Below are positions 59,358 to 64,000 of a DNA stretch of 64,000 bases, piece after piece. The notes below the pieces were generated by a model. It did no database searches. It worked only from the letters and a program-made list of their open reading frames with translations, and was not told where the DNA came from. The translations under genes and the position numbers were made by a program. The stretch is from Guillardia theta CCMP2712. Taxonomy: Eukaryota > Protista > Cryptophyta. Within the stretch, counting starts at the first letter, position 1. Each line of letters opens with the position of its first letter. The stretch is taken from contig NW_005434673.1 in NCBI RefSeq assembly GCF_000315625.1, forward strand, positions 978,828 to 1,042,827, written 5' to 3'.

Positions 59358-62300
59358 TTACACGTATCCACACTCTTCGCATTCGAATCCTCGTTCTCGT
59401 TCAAACCCCGACCTGGAACGCGGCAACATCAGATCATGAAGTGAACGTATCCTCTTCACCTGAGGACGAGACTGCACGACGTACGGGGACCCTCCCGACC
59501 AGCATCCCTCGATGTCCTGCGGCTTTCCTCCCATCGCCCCCTCCACCTCCTCTGCCAGCTTGCAGATGTTCATCACCAACTTGTCCAGCTCGCTAGTCGT
59601 CTGAATGATCGGATCCTTCCTGTACCCGATGATCTCGCGCTCGTAGTCGACCAGGGGCACGCTGTCGAAGAGCCCGGCGCCAGCGAAGTCATGAAGGTCC
59701 TCCGCGTCTGAATCAGAGCGGAAGACGAGTCCTCTTGCTCGCAGCATGACGCTCTTGCTAGGCATGCTCTCTATCCTCAGGACCTCATGGCTTCCCCTTC
59801 TGCACACAACACTGAGGGAGCGTCCTGGGAAGTTGCCGACGATAGCCTCGCCATGGCCCTTTGCGATCTCGATGTAGATCTCTGAAGGGTCCAGGTTGAG
59901 CGGGTTGACCGTGTGGACAACGAACGCATACTCAGCCTCGACGATCTGCTGGAGCAGGACAGCCATTCTGATCCTCTCGTTGGAGATCCCGGCCTTCTTA
60001 CAAGAGAGAAAAGCTCGCTCGTTCCACACTGACGACCAGACCCTTTTGATACAGTCTAGCGACTCTTGCTCGTCGACGACGACCTGCCTGAAGACTCCAT
60101 CTTGAAGGCTGCGAGCTATGTCGGCTCTGACCTCGTCGGGCACCTTGAGATCGAGGATGATGTTCTTGATGTCTTGCAGCTTACTTGGGATGTCCTCCGC
60201 ATCGAGAACCCCCAGCTGCTTCACAATCTCCGCGTACTTGCGCTGACTGTCCCTGTTATCCTGATGCTGCAAGACGTACTGGAAGACCCCAAAGGGTATC
60301 AAAGCTGATTTCGGTGTCTTGATCCAGTCTGGCAGCCTCCTCCTTACGTTGAGCAAGTTCATGGTCTTGCCTCCTGCAACCTTCTTGCCCTCCTCAAGAA
60401 TCTCTGATTCGAGGTAGACGAACTTGGACGGAGGTGTCGAGCGCTCTTCCTCCTCCTCCTCCATCCGTCGAGAGGAACCATGTGATGTATGCGAGTCCAC
60501 CATGTCATCCATCGCTCCTTCTGCCATCTCGATCGAGACCCGCTGCTCCAGCACCTGACAGACAACATCCTTCCCATCGAAGTCGAGGAACTGATGGAAG
60601 GATGCCAGGTCGAAGCAGGACGCGAACATCACGTGGGTGTTCCTCGCCCTCACAGCTATGTGTGACAGGACGTCAGGAGAGTCCTGCGTTATAACCGCCA
60701 CCACTCCCTCGGGTATCTCTTCCTCTCCGCTTACTCGACTTGACAAGAGGACTGTCGGGCAGTCAAAGCTCTTGAACTGCACGTCCTTGACATCGGCGAT
60801 CATGACAACTCCTCTAGCCCTCCTGCTTCCAGGCGAGATGACCTGCCATGACGGCAGCACTCCTGACCTGCGGAAGGCCTGAACAGCCTTCTGATGGATG
60901 AGAGAAACGGCGAACCCGACTCCTCCTCGCACCACTCCCTCAGTGAACATGGCGATGTTCCAGGTCTCGGGGGTCTTGTCCGGGTTTCTTCTCCTTATGC
61001 TTCCACCCAGCTGCTCGGCTATGGGCTGGAATAGGCGGTGACAGCGGTCGGCCAGCTGGCTCAGCATCCTCTCCAGGCGATCGAGATACGCTGCGGCAAG
61101 CAGCGCATGCCGGTGAGATTTGCTCTTCCACTCCTCCATGTTGATCCCCACCGTCTGGAGGAGACTGCTCCAGTCACGAAGAATCTCGACGAGCTCTGAG
61201 GTCAGGGAAAGCAGGGAAGAGTCAAGGTCCTCGTCCACCGAGCTCGACGCTCGTCGTAGAAACAGGCTCCTCATGTTTGAGGAGAAGAAGAGCGTGTAGC
61301 AGAGGGACTCAAGCGAGAGCAGCAGCCAAAGTGCCAAGTCCTTGACTTGCATACTTGAGAGAACTCCCTCCACCATCATCCTGCTCTGATCCTGTAGAGC
61401 GATGTCGAGGTAGAGCAGGTCGCGCACCTTGGGAACATGCTGCTCATGAAGAATTGATTCCCAGAGCAATCGGCGAGCAGCAACGGAGTTGAAGAAGGAG
61501 GTGAAAGTCTCCTGGTAGGCAGGAGAAGGATGGGTCCTCTCCACCTTCACTGCCTCCACAAGAGCGTTGAGATTCCCGGGGAGGAAACCTCTGCAGAGAT
61601 CATGCGAGTGCTCGAGATCAGCTCCTGCGTGAACGGATTTGAGGATTTGGAGGTAGTTGCTGAGCTCGTTGATCAATCCATTCTACGCATTAAGGGAAGA
61701 TGTTAGTGAAGATCAGGTTCAAGATTTAGAGGAGGCCAAGAAAGGAGTAATGAGATGAACTTTGAGAAGAAGGGAAGAATTTCTTGGACGTACCTTGATG
61801 GAAGGAAAGAAGATCGGATCTTGTAGAATGGGCCTCTCAAATGTTTGCAATCGCTGCTTGTCAAGCCCAAATTTGCTGAGGTGACTGTAGAATGCTTTGA
61901 GATCTCCATTAGATTGCAAGAATTTGATGTAAGCCTCGCAGATGTAGATGTCATCAGGAGTGCAGTTGTTGTGCAACTTTTGATGCCATTCCTCCATCCA
62001 CGTTCCCTTCCTCTTCTTGATCTCGAACTTCCTCATGATCACCAGGATCTCATCTCGGATCCTCTGTCCGTCGCCTCCTCCTCTTGGGATGGTAGACAGC
62101 ATCATACGAAGAATATCGCGATCAGACGCTGACTGTGAGGACTTCCAGTATTTGGCTACCACCTCCGACAGGATTTGGATTTCATCGGCAAGCTCTCTAG
62201 GCTTTGTGTTGTGCCTCCTTTGCCATGAGAGCTGTCTGGTTTGGGAGAATCTGAGCCAAACAAACAAATGTCGCAGCATCTCCCTGCTTTGCGAAGAGGT

Positions 62301-64000
62301 GATCATATCCCGTGCTGTCCTGAATCGCTCCATCAGGCTCAGGCCCCCTCGGCTTTCAAACTCGAGGATGGGCATGATCATAAGCGAGTCGTTGCCAACA
62401 TCAGCCTCGAAGTCTGTCATGCCCTTGTGACCCCTCTCGAACCTCGTCAACGGCACGTGAAAGTCACTCCCTCCAGCTGTCTTGTACCATCTGTTTTCCA
62501 CTGCATCCTTCAGCACGAAGTTGATAGCGATCGGTAGCGCTGAGTTCTCGCTTGCATGATTCATGTCAGCAATCACTAGTTTGATCTCGTAGATTGGCAC
62601 TCCTTTGTCGTCCACTCCGGTACTATCAAAGTTCGTCTGGACGGCGTTGTTGAGAACGTTTGATTGAGAAGGAATCATGTAGTCTCGTGGTAATTTCCAA
62701 TCGCCTGTTCAGATTCATGGGAGTCAGACCAGAGCGCAAAAGAGAAGTGAGAAGAAAAATAGCAAAATGAGATGTGAAAGGACAACAAGGAAGATGATGG
62801 TATTAGAGTAAGCGATGATTGGTCAAGAGAACAGGAAGTGAGTTGAAAAAGAACAGAGGGGAAGGGAAAAGAACATGCCTGGCCTCTCATATCCGACGCT
62901 CCAGTGCATAGCGATTGGCTTGATATCTTTCCCTGTCGGAATCACTTTGATACGAACAATCTCTCGCTCATCGTCGGTTTCCTTAAGGGCTATCAGCCTA
63001 GCTTGAATCGTCTTACCATCCTTGTCAAGACATTCGAACATGCTCTCATAGATCCTCGTGTCGGGCTCAGCCATCGCCTGAGACGAATTCTCGTCGCTCA
63101 TCTTATCCGAATTTGTTGTTGTCGAATGAGGAGTCTGGGAATGATGCAAACCGTCGACCCACTGATTGACCCGAGATAGAGACTTCGCTGAGATGCTCTC
63201 GGAATTCTCACTTTGCGGCTGCGCATGAGAAGCTGACACCTTTACACTCTGTGCAAGGAAGCATCAAACAATGAAATTCCCGTCGACCTGCTGAAAGTTA
63301 CCTGGTGTTCCCTCCTGTCATCTCCATCTAGAGCGATCGGCAGATTCGTTCTTTTCGCCAGCCTCTCCTCGAGCGTTCCATAATCTGCTTCACGATCAGC
63401 TGAAAACGGTCTTCCTTCACATCCTCCATATCGGAAGGACTGCACCAGTCTTGATCTCCTTAAGATGCTTCAAGTGCTCATGGAATGGAGCAAAAACCGA
63501 ATTTTCTCCCATTGGAAAAACTCTGCAAGTTGTAAAGTTTAAACTGGTCTGCAAAAGCACAATTCAAACCTCCCAGACTTGCTGTCGAACACTTTGAAAC
63601 GAATACCCAAGAAATCATCGAGCGACCCTCCGCGGGTTCCGTCGACTGCGATATGTAACTCTTCATCCATTGGTGTTCGAACCAACTTATCATTCAGGTC
63701 TGTTGAACCTTTTGGGAGTTGAATACCAAAATCTTTCGTAACAACCTTGGGATGCTCCAGCGAGCTGATGTCCTTCACCACCACACCCCAGTGCATCTCT
63801 AACCCTCTCTCCGGCGCCGAGCACACCAGCCGAACTCCCCTCTCGTCTTTCAACACCTGCACATGAGCTGTGAACAAACCGTGGCCATCGATGGCTTGCT
63901 CAAAGATGGTGGTAGAGTGCCCTCCTCGCAAGGTCAGACGATTCCTAGCCGCCCTCTCCTTCTGCATCAGGAAAGCTTTGAACTCCGTAGGAGACAACCC
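59358..64000 (-). CDS. GWD: Alpha-glucan water dikinase (5' end beyond the right edge)
   Basis: CBM45-like HW motifs and FVLKD..NRWYK..G.DFHVPL; GGDGQRIRDEIL..EEWHQKLHNN.TPDD; phospho-His PDVLSHIAVRARN (His at 60660-60662); FRSDSD.EDL..FAGAGLFDS; QDIEG..VVQSRPQ. Confidence 0.95.

Overview
Eukaryotic, gene-dense nuclear DNA with many short (~45-55 nt) GT-AG introns, CTGAC-like branch points, microsatellite-filled introns and three N gaps. Bipartite signal-peptide+Phe plastid leaders, alpha-glucan water dikinase, an RWP-RK factor and a microbial rhodopsin point to an alga with a complex red plastid, most likely a cryptophyte such as Guillardia theta (inference). About 20 protein genes plus tRNA-Gly(TCC) were reconstructed by hand-splicing. 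Highlights: (1) a spliced 8-TM rhodopsin-histidine kinase-pseudoreceiver-receiver photoreceptor with an intact retinal Lys and no cyclase, largely invisible in the ORF track; (2) a ~4,100-aa, probably myristoylated, 5xC2-DUF4062-NACHT-WD40 STAND protein with nested domain insertions, next to (3) a secreted EF-hand+LysM protein; (4) an RWP-RK gene with a decayed tandem paralog. Exon boundaries were read manually and need RNA-seq confirmation.
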